Shown here in pieces: positions 49,871 through 59,071 of a stretch of 64,000 nt of DNA (position 1 is the stretch's first letter; every line of letters starts with the position of its first letter). Source of the DNA: an uncultured delta proteobacterium (GTDB lineage: Bacteria; Desulfobacterota; Desulfobacteria; Desulfobacterales; JAFDCJ01); the NCBI GenBank assembly GCA_963769935.1, contig CAVYNY010000018.1, positions 224,001 through 288,000 of the forward strand, in the 5' to 3' direction. Below the pieces are notes generated by a model that had not been told where the DNA came from, did no database searches, and saw nothing but the letters and a program-made list of their open reading frames with translations. The translations under genes and the position numbers were made by a program.

Positions 49871-50958
49871 TGGCACAGGTGCGCTTGGAAAATGTCAGCA
49901 AACGCTTCGGGGATGTCAAAGCGGTCAAAAATTTTTCCCTCGATATCGCCGACGGTGAATTCATCATCCTGGTCGGACCGTCCGGCTGCGGCAAAACCAC
50001 CTTGCTGAGAATTGTGGCCGGCCTTGAGAAACCGACCGCAGGCGAGATCTATATCGCCGGTGATGCCATCACCCATGTTCTGCCCAAAAAACGGGACATT
50101 GCCATGGTCTTCCAAAATTATGCACTTTACCCGCACAAAAAAGTTTATGACAATCTGGCCTTCTGTCTTCAAATTCGCCGGTTACCGCGGGCCCAGATCG
50201 CGGAAAGGGTACGCAATACGGCCAATCTGCTGGGCATCGGCGATCTGCTGACCCGCTACCCGCATCAGCTGTCCGGCGGTCAGCGTCAGCGGGTAGCCCT
50301 CGGCCGGGCTATCATCCGCAACCCGAAAGTATTTCTGTTTGATGAACCCCTGTCCAACCTCGATGCCAAGCTGCGGGTGAGCATGCGCACCGAATTGCTG
50401 GATCTTCATTACCGCCTGAAGAGCACCGCCATCTATGTGACCCACGACCAGATGGAGGCGATGACCATGGGCAGCCGGATCGTTATCATGAAAGACGGCG
50501 AGGTCCAACAGGTCGATACGCCTAAAATCGTTTATGAAAATCCGGCCAACCGATTTGTGGCGGAATTCATCGGCTCGCCGGCCATGAATATCTTTGAATG
50601 CACGCTACAAACCCAAAACGATCGCCTGTTTGCCGCTTGTGGCGGGTTAAAATTGAAGATACCGCCGGATAAAGCGCGGCAATTGGCTGCTTACGGCAGC
50701 CGGCAGGTGATTTTAGGTCTGCGGCCGGAACATATCTGTTTGGGCCGGAATCAAACCGGCACTGATTTCACGGCCCAGGTGCGGATAGTTGAACTGCTGG
50801 GGTCCGAACAGCTTCTGAACCTGGAAGTGGGAGACCGGCGCTTCACCGCCCGTCTGGATCCGACGACCACGTTTCAAATCGGCGAAACCCGCCAGTTTTC
50901 AGCCGATATGAGTCGGGCTCATATATTTGACCCGGCCACTACGCTGACCATCTTTTAA
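49870..50958 (+). CDS. Carbohydrate ABC transporter ATP-binding protein (MalK/UgpC-like)
   Basis: GPSGCGKTT, RDIAMVFQNYALYPH, DEPLSNLDAKLR. Confidence 0.92.
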   Translation: MAQVRLENVSKRFGDVKAVKNFSLDIADGEFIILVGPSGCGKTTLLRIVAGLEKPTAGEIYIAGDAITHVLPKKRDIAMVFQNYALYPHKKVYDNLAFCLQIRRLPRAQIAERVRNTANLLGIGDLLTRYPHQLSGGQRQRVALGRAIIRNPKVFLFDEPLSNLDAKLRVSMRTELLDLHYRLKSTAIYVTHDQMEAMTMGSRIVIMKDGEVQQVDTPKIVYENPANRFVAEFIGSPAMNIFECTLQTQNDRLFAACGGLKLKIPPDKARQLAAYGSRQVILGLRPEHICLGRNQTGTDFTAQVRIVELLGSEQLLNLEVGDRRFTARLDPTTTFQIGETRQFSADMSRAHIFDPATTLTIF

Positions 50959-51003
50959 CCTGCGCCGGACAAGACGTTCGGGTAAATAAAGGGAGGATAT
51001 CCA

Positions 51004-52200
51004 TTGCCAGAATTACCGTTGGAAAATATTACCGTGATTGATTTTGCAACCCTGATTGCCGCCCCCGGGATTGCGACTTTTTTAGGAGATTTCGGCGCCA
51101 CCGTTATCAAGGTCGAGCAGCCCGACATCGGCGATCCCATTCGCGCCAAGTTATTTTACGAGGACGGCCGCAGTCCCATCTGGTTAAATGAGAGCCGCAA
51201 CAAAAAAACAATCACCCTTAACCTCAGGACCCGGGAAGGACAAAATATTGCCCATAGACTTGCCGCCAGGGCGGATGTCGTGCTGATGAACTTTCGTCCC
51301 GGTCAGGCCGAAGCCTGGAACCTGGGTCCCGAAGACCTGCATGCCACCAAGCCCGATTTGATCGTGGCCCTTGTTTCGGCCTACGGTCAGACCGGTCCTC
51401 TGCGAAGAAAAGGCGGATTCGATCGGACGGCCGGCGCTTTTGCCGGTACCACCTATGTCACCGGATATCCGGATCGCCCGCCGGTTCGAACCGGCTACGC
51501 CATGATCGACTACATGACCGGCTATCTGGGTGCATTCGGTGTGATGACCGCGCTTTACAACCGGGACGTTCGCGGCGGCGGCGGTGAGGTCATTGATTTG
51601 AGCCTGGTTGAAGCCGGCTTTCGCTCTTCGGAATCGGCGCTGATGGAGTACAGTCTGACAGGCAGAATTCGGGAGCGCACCGGCAACCGCAACCCCCATT
51701 TCGTGCCGGCTGAGGATTTTGAAACCGCCGACGGAAAAATTCTGGTAATAAACGCCGGAACCGATTCCCTCTGGCAGAAACTCGCCCATACCATGGGACA
51801 GCCCCAACTGCTCGATGATCCGCGGTTTAACAACACCGTCACTCGAATCATGAACCAGAATGAACTTTACGAGATTATCGCCCAATGGGTCAAAGGGCTG
51901 ACATCCGAGCAAGGACTCAGCATACTTGACGAAGCCGGTGTCCCGGCTGATATAATCCGCAACATCGAAGACCTGGCCCGAAATCCCCACATGCTTGAAC
52001 GGGCAGCAATTGTTGAAGTAGACGATGCGGAAAAAGGCAAAGTACTGGTCCCCGGAATTTTTCCCAAAATGAAAAATTCACCCGGAAAAATCAGGTTTCT
52101 GGGGGCAAAATTAGGCGAATACAATCGCGAAATATACGAGGATTTTCTAGGTATCTCGCCGGAAGAATTAGCTGACCTGGCTCAAAAAGGAGTCGTTTAG
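51004..52200 (+). CDS. CoA-transferase family III (CaiB/BaiF)
   Basis: GATVIKVEQP..GDP.R, RNKK, NFRPG, YGQTGP, catalytic Asp in MIDY. Confidence 0.92.
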   Translation: MPELPLENITVIDFATLIAAPGIATFLGDFGATVIKVEQPDIGDPIRAKLFYEDGRSPIWLNESRNKKTITLNLRTREGQNIAHRLAARADVVLMNFRPGQAEAWNLGPEDLHATKPDLIVALVSAYGQTGPLRRKGGFDRTAGAFAGTTYVTGYPDRPPVRTGYAMIDYMTGYLGAFGVMTALYNRDVRGGGGEVIDLSLVEAGFRSSESALMEYSLTGRIRERTGNRNPHFVPAEDFETADGKILVINAGTDSLWQKLAHTMGQPQLLDDPRFNNTVTRIMNQNELYEIIAQWVKGLTSEQGLSILDEAGVPADIIRNIEDLARNPHMLERAAIVEVDDAEKGKVLVPGIFPKMKNSPGKIRFLGAKLGEYNREIYEDFLGISPEELADLAQKGVV

Positions 52201-53094
52201 GTGAATGCGGAAACTCAGAAATTTATGGAAGCGCTTTTTGCGGACAGCAACCTCAATCGGCTGCCAAGCTCATACGGCGGCGGCCGGATTTTTGATGCGC
52301 CCGTGATCGGTGTGGCCCGGGGCGATGACCCGATATTTGTAAAATTCAAGCAGGTCGTGGGACCCGAACACATGACGCCCCTGGAAATGTGGCTTGCCGC
52401 CGCGCTGCCCGCTGAAGACAACCGGGCGGATCGGCTGCGGCTGGTTTCCATTATATTTCCTTATGTCCGCCGCATCCGCCGGGCCGGCAAAACCGCCCGG
52501 GAATTTCCGGCCGAGATTTACTGCATCGGCCGCAATTTCGCCAATGCATTTATGACCGCGGTGCTGCAGCAAACCGTGGCCTTTTTTCAGCACAAAGGGC
52601 TTAACGCACTCGCTGCCATGCTCAGTCCGGCATTTGAAATCATCGTCAAACAGGACCCTATTCGAATCTACTCGAAGTGGTCCGAACGGCACATTGCTTT
52701 TGCCGCCGGCCTGGGCACATTCAGCTTGCATGAAGGTTTGATCACGGATGTCGGCTGCAACATCCGGGTTGCTTCGGTCATCACTGATGCGCCGCTGGCA
52801 GTAAGCGCCCGCCCAAGCGACGCGCCCTATGCCAACTGTCTGTTTTTTGCCGGCAAGAAATGCAAAAAGTGTGCGGAAAGGTGTCCGGCGGATGCCATCA
52901 CGGAAAAGGGCCACGACAAGCTGAAATGTTACCTCTATGGCCGCCGGATAGAAAAAGAAATGAACGACCGGTTAAAGCCGATATTAAAGCCGCATCGCCG
53001 CGTCATCGACGGCCATGAGCAGATATCCTATCCCGTCGGCTGTGCCTTCTGCCAGTTCGACGTGCCCTGTATGGATCGCAATCCGGTGCCGTGA
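52201..53094 (+). CDS. QueG/reductive-dehalogenase-like 4Fe-4S protein
   Basis: WSERHIAFAAGLGTF, CxxCxxxCP (CKKCAERCP), GCAFCQFDVPC. Confidence 0.75.
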   Translation: MNAETQKFMEALFADSNLNRLPSSYGGGRIFDAPVIGVARGDDPIFVKFKQVVGPEHMTPLEMWLAAALPAEDNRADRLRLVSIIFPYVRRIRRAGKTAREFPAEIYCIGRNFANAFMTAVLQQTVAFFQHKGLNALAAMLSPAFEIIVKQDPIRIYSKWSERHIAFAAGLGTFSLHEGLITDVGCNIRVASVITDAPLAVSARPSDAPYANCLFFAGKKCKKCAERCPADAITEKGHDKLKCYLYGRRIEKEMNDRLKPILKPHRRVIDGHEQISYPVGCAFCQFDVPCMDRNPVP

Positions 53095-53120
53095 ACATAA
53101 TTGCCGTTCAGGTTTACGTT

Positions 53121-53624
53121 TTAATCCATGATATGCTTGACCAGATGCCCTAATTCCGGAAAAATCAGCTTTTGGCAGGCCAGCTTGCAGGCGTTCAGAC
53201 TGCCGGGAAGGCAGAAGACAACCACATTTTCTACGACGCCGGCGGTAGCGCGCGATAAAAAAGCAGCCGATCCAATCTCCTCAAAACTCAGCATGGCAAA
53301 CAGGGGACCGAAACCGCTCAGTGTTTTGGCAAACAGGGGACTGATCGCTTCTATCGTCACATCTTTTTTCGTGATGCCGGTGCCGCCGGTCAAAATGACC
53401 ACCTGGGGCTGTTCGGTTCGAACAAGATTCTGCAGGGTCGCGGCAATCATAGCCTGATCGTCCGTCACTACCTGATGAAAAACCACCGGATGGCCTTCAT
53501 TTTTGGCCTGCTCACTGATCCAGTTGCCGCTGACATCGTCTATCAGGGCCCGGGTGGTGGAAACCGTGATGATTCCAATCGTGACCTTCCGCGGTGCGTG
53601 CTTTTTATGTTCGTGTGTGCTCAT
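53121..53624 (-). CDS. moaB: Molybdenum cofactor biosynthesis protein B (MoaB/MogA)
   Basis: TGGTG, DVTIEA, GFG, SRATAG, LPGS. Confidence 0.88.
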   Translation of the reverse strand: MSTHEHKKHAPRKVTIGIITVSTTRALIDDVSGNWISEQAKNEGHPVVFHQVVTDDQAMIAATLQNLVRTEQPQVVILTGGTGITKKDVTIEAISPLFAKTLSGFGPLFAMLSFEEIGSAAFLSRATAGVVENVVVFCLPGSLNACKLACQKLIFPELGHLVKHIMD

Positions 53625-53935
53625 CGCTATCCTCTATAAAGATATGATTTTGCCGTTCTATCTTTTGCCTGCCGCGCCGTAGCCTTTTAGGCGAAGGCGG
53701 TGCCTACCACCCTCGGCCATCTGTTTTCTGTAATCTGTTGCCTATATCACTTCCTGCCGCGAGATCAACCCCAATATGCCACCTGCTGGATGCAGGAGAC
53801 AACCGCCTGAATATATCTTGATTTTACACACCAATTCTCTTATGCTCATTCCAAATACATATTTGACTGAATTGATGATAATAAAGCAACAACTTTGCCT
53901 TAATGAATGCTTAAGGTAAGAAAATTAATTCTAAA

Positions 53936-54550
53936 ATGCCCCATCCCTGCACTGGTGTGATATTATCCGGAGGTCTGAGCACCCGTTTTAACGGCAAAAA
54001 TAAAGCCTTTATCAGCGTTGGCGGCATATGGATTCTGGACCGCCTCTATCGGATTTTTTCAGATCTGTTTAGCGAAATCATTTTAGTGACCAACGATCCG
54101 GGGCAGTTTGTCAAATGGGATTTAACGATTGTCACCGATATTTTCCCGGTTCGAAGCTCGCTGACGGGAATCCATGCCGGTCTTTTTTTCATGAAAAATT
54201 CCTTCGGATTTTTCGCGGCCTGCGATACCCCGTTTTTAAACAAAGATCTGGTAGAAGTTCTCCTCGAAAATATAGAAGGAAATAAAGACATCATCATCCC
54301 CGAAACCACCGCCGGGATGGAACCGCTCTGTGCAATCTATTCCAAACGCTGTCTGAATACAGCCGAACATCATATCAAACAAAACAAATTCAAAATTCAA
54401 CGGGCACTGAGAAAGCATCAGTGGAAAATAATTCCGGAATCTCAACTACGCACCAAAGATCCGGAGTTGAAATCGTTTTTTAACATCAACACACCGGGGG
54501 ATCTGGCACGGGCGGAGCAGATGGCGGCAAGGGGAGAGCAGGGAGCATAG
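53936..54550 (+). CDS. mobA: Molybdenum cofactor guanylyltransferase
   Basis: ILSGGLSTRF, ACDTPF, EPLCAIY, FFNINTP. Confidence 0.88.
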   Translation: MPHPCTGVILSGGLSTRFNGKNKAFISVGGIWILDRLYRIFSDLFSEIILVTNDPGQFVKWDLTIVTDIFPVRSSLTGIHAGLFFMKNSFGFFAACDTPFLNKDLVEVLLENIEGNKDIIIPETTAGMEPLCAIYSKRCLNTAEHHIKQNKFKIQRALRKHQWKIIPESQLRTKDPELKSFFNINTPGDLARAEQMAARGEQGA

Positions 54551-54645
54551 TGCATGGAGTGCGGGATTAACGGGCAGGCGTTCGGCACAAGGCCCACGGC
54601 GTTCGGCAATGGAATTTTGTCGTTTGAATACGCGAAGGTGAAACA

Positions 54646-55005
54646 ATGGATATCAATAAAATGATGCAGGAAATAAAAAACCATCCGGATTTCGACAGTG
54701 TCGGAATGGTTCTTTGTCATAATGGGGTGGTGCGGGCGACGTCCCGCGACGGCCGTAAAGTTAAAGGGCTGCGCGTTGCCGCCGATCATGAAAGGCTGCG
54801 ACAGATTTTGGCGGAACAAAAGCAGAAACCCGGCATTCTGGATATCCGGGTTAAAATAGCCGAGGACCGGGATCTATCCGTAGGGGACGATGTGATGCTG
54901 CTGCTGGTGGCAGGGGACATCCGGGAAAATGTGATCGCAGTTTTAAGCGAAACGCTCAATCTCATAAAGTCAACGGTGACGGAAAAAGCAGAATTTTATG
55001 TTTAA
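54646..55005 (+). CDS. moaE: Molybdopterin synthase catalytic subunit (short MoaE-like)
   Basis: GMVLCHNGVVR, LSVGD, VAGDIRE, K.E C-terminus; Moco gene context. Confidence 0.78.
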   Translation: MDINKMMQEIKNHPDFDSVGMVLCHNGVVRATSRDGRKVKGLRVAADHERLRQILAEQKQKPGILDIRVKIAEDRDLSVGDDVMLLLVAGDIRENVIAVLSETLNLIKSTVTEKAEFYV

Positions 55006-55025
55006 AGTAAATAAAAGGAAACATC

Positions 55026-55511
55026 ATGTCTTCATTCACCCACATCGATGACAAGGGGCGCGTCCGAATGGTTGATGTCTCCGACAAGCAACCCACCGTG
55101 CGGACAGCCGCAGCCGGCGGGACGGTTTTAATGCAGCCGGAAACCTTGTCAATGATCGGAGATCAAAAAATAAAAAAGGGCAACGTCCTGGAAACGGCCA
55201 GAATTGCCGGTATTATGGCAGCCAAGAAGACCGCCGACCTCATTCCCATGTGCCATCCCCTGAAACTAACCCACGTGCAGGTCGATTTTGAAGCGGATGA
55301 TGCGAACCATTGCATCGGGATCACAGCTTCCGTGCGCGCAATCGATCAAACCGGGGTTGAAATGGAAGCCCTCACGGCCGTGGCGGCAGCGGCTTTAACC
55401 ATTTACGACATGTGCAAGTCATACGATCGCGAGATGAGCATTTCCGACATTCAGCTGCTCGAAAAAACCGGCGGCAAAAGCGGTACATTTAAACGAAAAA
55501 CGGATCAGTAA
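55026..55511 (+). CDS. moaC: Cyclic pyranopterin monophosphate synthase
   Basis: MVDVSDK, AAKKT..LIPMCHP, TGVEMEAL, IYDMCK, KTGGKSG. Confidence 0.95.
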   Translation: MSSFTHIDDKGRVRMVDVSDKQPTVRTAAAGGTVLMQPETLSMIGDQKIKKGNVLETARIAGIMAAKKTADLIPMCHPLKLTHVQVDFEADDANHCIGITASVRAIDQTGVEMEALTAVAAAALTIYDMCKSYDREMSISDIQLLEKTGGKSGTFKRKTDQ

Positions 55512-55587
55512 TTCGCGGTCGTTCGTGTCAATTCGGGGTTGATAAAATACTAAGAGACTAAGGACATACAGGAAATAACACTCACCC

Positions 55588-56790
55588 ATGACACCTAAAA
55601 TCAAATTTTTCTCTTCGGCTATTGCAGTTTTGGCAACCATCCTCATCCTGCTGACATCCGGCTGCGCACCGACCAAAGAAACGGTAATGGAACGGATTTC
55701 GGCCAGGTATTATCCGAAATTCTCCGATGATATGCGGTTTGACGCTCTGCAATTCAGCATATCACAGAGTCTGGCCTACCTTTATAAAATCCCCGTCGAT
55801 CGGCAGTTCGTTTTTGGAAACGACCGCTATACGGCCCAGCACATGATCCGCTCATTGGAATATTTTCTGGACTATGTTGAAACCCGTCCATCCACAGATG
55901 ATATAGACAAATTTATCCGCTCAAATTACATCGTATACCGTTCGGTCGGACGGAATTCCAATGGCGAGGTACTGTTTACCGGATATTATGAACCCTACTT
56001 AAGAGGCAGCCTCCATCCCAGCAAGGAATATCGATTTCCGATCTATGCCCGCCCGTCGGATCTTGTTACGGTTGACCTTTCGCTTTTCGATGAAAAGTAT
56101 GCCGGTCGGAAGATCATCGGACGCCTGGCGGGCCAAACGGTGGTGCCCTATTATGATCGCAATGAAATCGACTCGGAGGGTGCCCTGGACGGCAAGGCCG
56201 GCGTGCTGGTCTGGGTTAACGATCCAATTGATGTCTTTTTTCTGCAGATACAAGGTTCCGGCAAGGTTTATCTGGATAACGGAGAGGTTTTGAATATCCA
56301 TTATCAGACGTCCAACGGGAGGCCGTATCGCAGCATCGGCACCTTTTTGATAGAAGATAAGCAAATTTCCGTGGATGACATGTCCATGCAAAAAATCCGG
56401 GAATATCTGAACAACCATCCCGATAAAATGACTGTCGTATTCAATTACAATCCCAGCTATGTTTTTTTTAAAGTCGAGCCGGATGGTCCGCTGGGCAATA
56501 TCAACGTCAAATTGACACCGGGACGCTCCATTGCGCTGGATCGCCGTATATTTCCGGCAGCGGCCCTGGCCTTTATCGAAACAGAAAAACCTCTAGTGGA
56601 CGGCTTCGGCCAGATTGAAAACTGGCAGCGATTCAGCCGTTTTGCCTTGAATCAGGATACCGGCGGGGCCATCCGGGGACCCGGACGTGCGGATCTGTTT
56701 TTTGGCAACGGTCCCTATGCTGAAATCGCCGCCGGACATCTCAAACATACCGGGAAGCTTTATTTTTTGGTTTTGAAACCGGAATCTTGA
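55588..56790 (+). CDS. mltA: Membrane-bound lytic murein transglycosylase A
   Basis: Lipobox TSGC; FTGYYEP, FFLQIQGSG, NPSYVFF, QDTGGAIRG, DLFFG. Confidence 0.92.
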   Translation: MTPKIKFFSSAIAVLATILILLTSGCAPTKETVMERISARYYPKFSDDMRFDALQFSISQSLAYLYKIPVDRQFVFGNDRYTAQHMIRSLEYFLDYVETRPSTDDIDKFIRSNYIVYRSVGRNSNGEVLFTGYYEPYLRGSLHPSKEYRFPIYARPSDLVTVDLSLFDEKYAGRKIIGRLAGQTVVPYYDRNEIDSEGALDGKAGVLVWVNDPIDVFFLQIQGSGKVYLDNGEVLNIHYQTSNGRPYRSIGTFLIEDKQISVDDMSMQKIREYLNNHPDKMTVVFNYNPSYVFFKVEPDGPLGNINVKLTPGRSIALDRRIFPAAALAFIETEKPLVDGFGQIENWQRFSRFALNQDTGGAIRGPGRADLFFGNGPYAEIAAGHLKHTGKLYFLVLKPES

Positions 56791-56867
56791 CACCTTACCC
56801 TGAAACAAGTATTAATTATGTCTTTATCTGAGATTTTTTATTTAACCGTTAATTGAAGGAACGAAAT

Positions 56868-57362
56868 ATGTTCGGCATCGGCATGCCTGAAATGATTTTA
56901 ATTCTGGCCATCGCATTAATCGTCATCGGCCCCAAAAAATTGCCGGATCTGGCCAAGTCGTTGGGCCGTGCAATGCGAGAGTTTAAAAAGGCAACCAACG
57001 ATTTTAAAGAAACGATCCAGATCGACAGTGAAATGGCCGACGTCAAAAAGGCGTTTAATGATATCAATGAGGATGTCAAAGAAGCGGTAGATCTTAAACC
57101 CGATCAGAAGGATAAATCGAGCGCCGGGACAAAAGTCGATGGCGAAAATAGTGAAAAGCCACAGGATGTCCCTGAATCCGCATCTGATGAATTTGAAAAC
57201 CTGAAAGATTTAAAAAATGCCTACGATGGTCTGAATTCAAATTCAAACCTATCCGCCACGGATGAAAACACAGCCGTCGATGAAACCACACCGGTCGATG
57301 AGACGCCGGCCGATGATGAAAACAAAAAAGATAAGCTAAAAGGATCCATAGATAATGCATGA
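56868..57362 (+). CDS. tatB: Twin-arginine translocase TatB (TatA/B family)
   Basis: MFGIGMPE...GPKKLP, long acidic tail, directly upstream of tatC. Confidence 0.8.
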   Translation: MFGIGMPEMILILAIALIVIGPKKLPDLAKSLGRAMREFKKATNDFKETIQIDSEMADVKKAFNDINEDVKEAVDLKPDQKDKSSAGTKVDGENSEKPQDVPESASDEFENLKDLKNAYDGLNSNSNLSATDENTAVDETTPVDETPADDENKKDKLKGSIDNA

Positions 57363-58119
57363 GGATGAAAAGCTCCCCTTTACCTCTCACCTGGACGAGC
57401 TCCGCAAGCGGCTGATTACCTGCTTTATCGCAGTCGCCGTTGGATTTGTAATTTCTTTTGGATTTAAGGAACGTCTGTTCGGCATACTGGTTCACCCCCT
57501 GATAAACGTCATGAAACAAGGGGAAACACTTATATACACCGGGCTCCCCGAAGCGTTTTTTACCTATCTGAAAGTATCCTTCCTCAGCGGCCTGATCGTA
57601 GCGAGCCCGATTATTTTGTATGAGTTTTGGATGTTTGTGGCGCCGGGCCTGTATAAAACCGAGCGCCGCATGATGGCGCCCGTTGTTCTGCTGTCATCAC
57701 TTTTTTTTATCGGCGGTGCGCTGTTCGGATATTTTTTTGTTTTTCCCTGGGGGTTTAAATTTTTTCTGGCATTTGCCACCGATACCATCCGACCACTGCC
57801 ATCCATGCGGGAATACTTCGGCTTTTCAGCCAAACTGCTGCTGGCCTTCGGGCTGGTATTTGAACTTCCCCTGGTACTGACCTTCCTGGCCAAGCTGGGA
57901 ATTGTCTCGGTTGATTTTTTGAAGAAAAACCGCAAATACGCCATCCTATTAATTTTTACCGCCGCCGCCATTCTGACGCCCCCCGATGTGATCACCCAGA
58001 TCTTGATGGCTGTGCCGTTAATGGTGCTTTATGAAATCAGCATTATCGGCGCCAAACTGTTCGGCAAAAAGAAACCCAAAGAGGAAGAAGCAGAGACTAC
58101 TGAAAAAAGCGCCGCCTGA
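57355..58119 (+). CDS. tatC: Twin-arginine translocase TatC
   Basis: HLDELRKRL, FVAPGLY, FELP, TPPD, LYE. Confidence 0.95.
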   Translation: MHEDEKLPFTSHLDELRKRLITCFIAVAVGFVISFGFKERLFGILVHPLINVMKQGETLIYTGLPEAFFTYLKVSFLSGLIVASPIILYEFWMFVAPGLYKTERRMMAPVVLLSSLFFIGGALFGYFFVFPWGFKFFLAFATDTIRPLPSMREYFGFSAKLLLAFGLVFELPLVLTFLAKLGIVSVDFLKKNRKYAILLIFTAAAILTPPDVITQILMAVPLMVLYEISIIGAKLFGKKKPKEEEAETTEKSAA

Positions 58120-58405
58120 ACCGGAGCGGTTTCTAATTTGAGCAACTCTATTTTAACCAAATTTAAGAAGACGATCATGTAAACATTTTTTTTATCTCTT
58201 GCGTCTATTACAACCGAGAAGCAGCCTGATAGTCTTGACTGGCTTCATACATTGTCAAAATAAATAGCTCGTTATTTATTAAATTGGTTTGCAATTGACA
58301 GGCAACCGCCGGCCTGATAAAGGTATCAGCCGCAAGCGTGAAATGGTTTGGCGGTAAGGAGGATTCGAGGAAAACAGTTTAGAAAAGGAGGGAGACAGGA
58401 AAGTT

Positions 58406-58931
58406 ATGAGGAAGAAACATTTGCTGGTGTCAGGAATTATGGCCGTTGCAGCGGTGTTCATTGCCGCCGGAATTTATGCCACAGCAATGCCGGATGTCAT
58501 CAAGTTGGAGGATCCGGCGTACAAGGAACATAAAAAAGGTGTGGTTGTTTTCAATCACAAGAAACATGCGGACGGTATACGCCAAGGAATTTCCGGACTT
58601 ATATAAAAATGGCTGCGGCGAATGCCACCATGATAAGGACGGCAAACCGCTGACCAATCTCAAAGAGGGCGACGACGTCCAAAAATGCATCGAGTGCCAC
58701 AAAATACCCGGCGAAGCGCCCAAGGGTAAAGAGGCCAAGACAAAACTTTCCAAAAAGGAAAAAATAAAAGAGTATCATGCCGAGGCGCTGCATGAAAACT
58801 GCAAGGGCTGCCACAAGCAATTCAACAAGGAGTATAAACCCAAAAAGGCTCCGACCACCTGCACCAAGTGCCACGCCAAAAAAACCGGTGAAAAAGAAGA
58901 AGACAACGAAAATGAGGAAAAGAGCAGTTAA
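58406..58931 (+). CDS. Tetrahaem cytochrome c3 (class III), split by a 1-nt frameshift near 58570
   Basis: Signal peptide and VVFNHKKH in one frame; four CxxCH motifs (CGECH, CIECH, CKGCH, CTKCH) in the next frame. Confidence 0.88.
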
Positions 58932-58948
58932 CCGCTTCCTGCATATTT

Positions 58949-58987
58949 AAAAAAAAGGACGGGTTTTTTGAAACCCGTCCTTTTTTT
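58949..58987. terminator. Bidirectional rho-independent terminator
   Basis: A8-GGACGGGTTT-loop-AAACCCGTCC-T7 between convergent genes. Confidence 0.88.
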
Positions 58988-59071
58988 GTGCTTTTTCCGT
59001 GGCGAGCAATCCGAATTTCAGGCAGCCGGTTTGAAATCAGACTCTGCCACGGGTTATAGTCGGCTGCCGAG

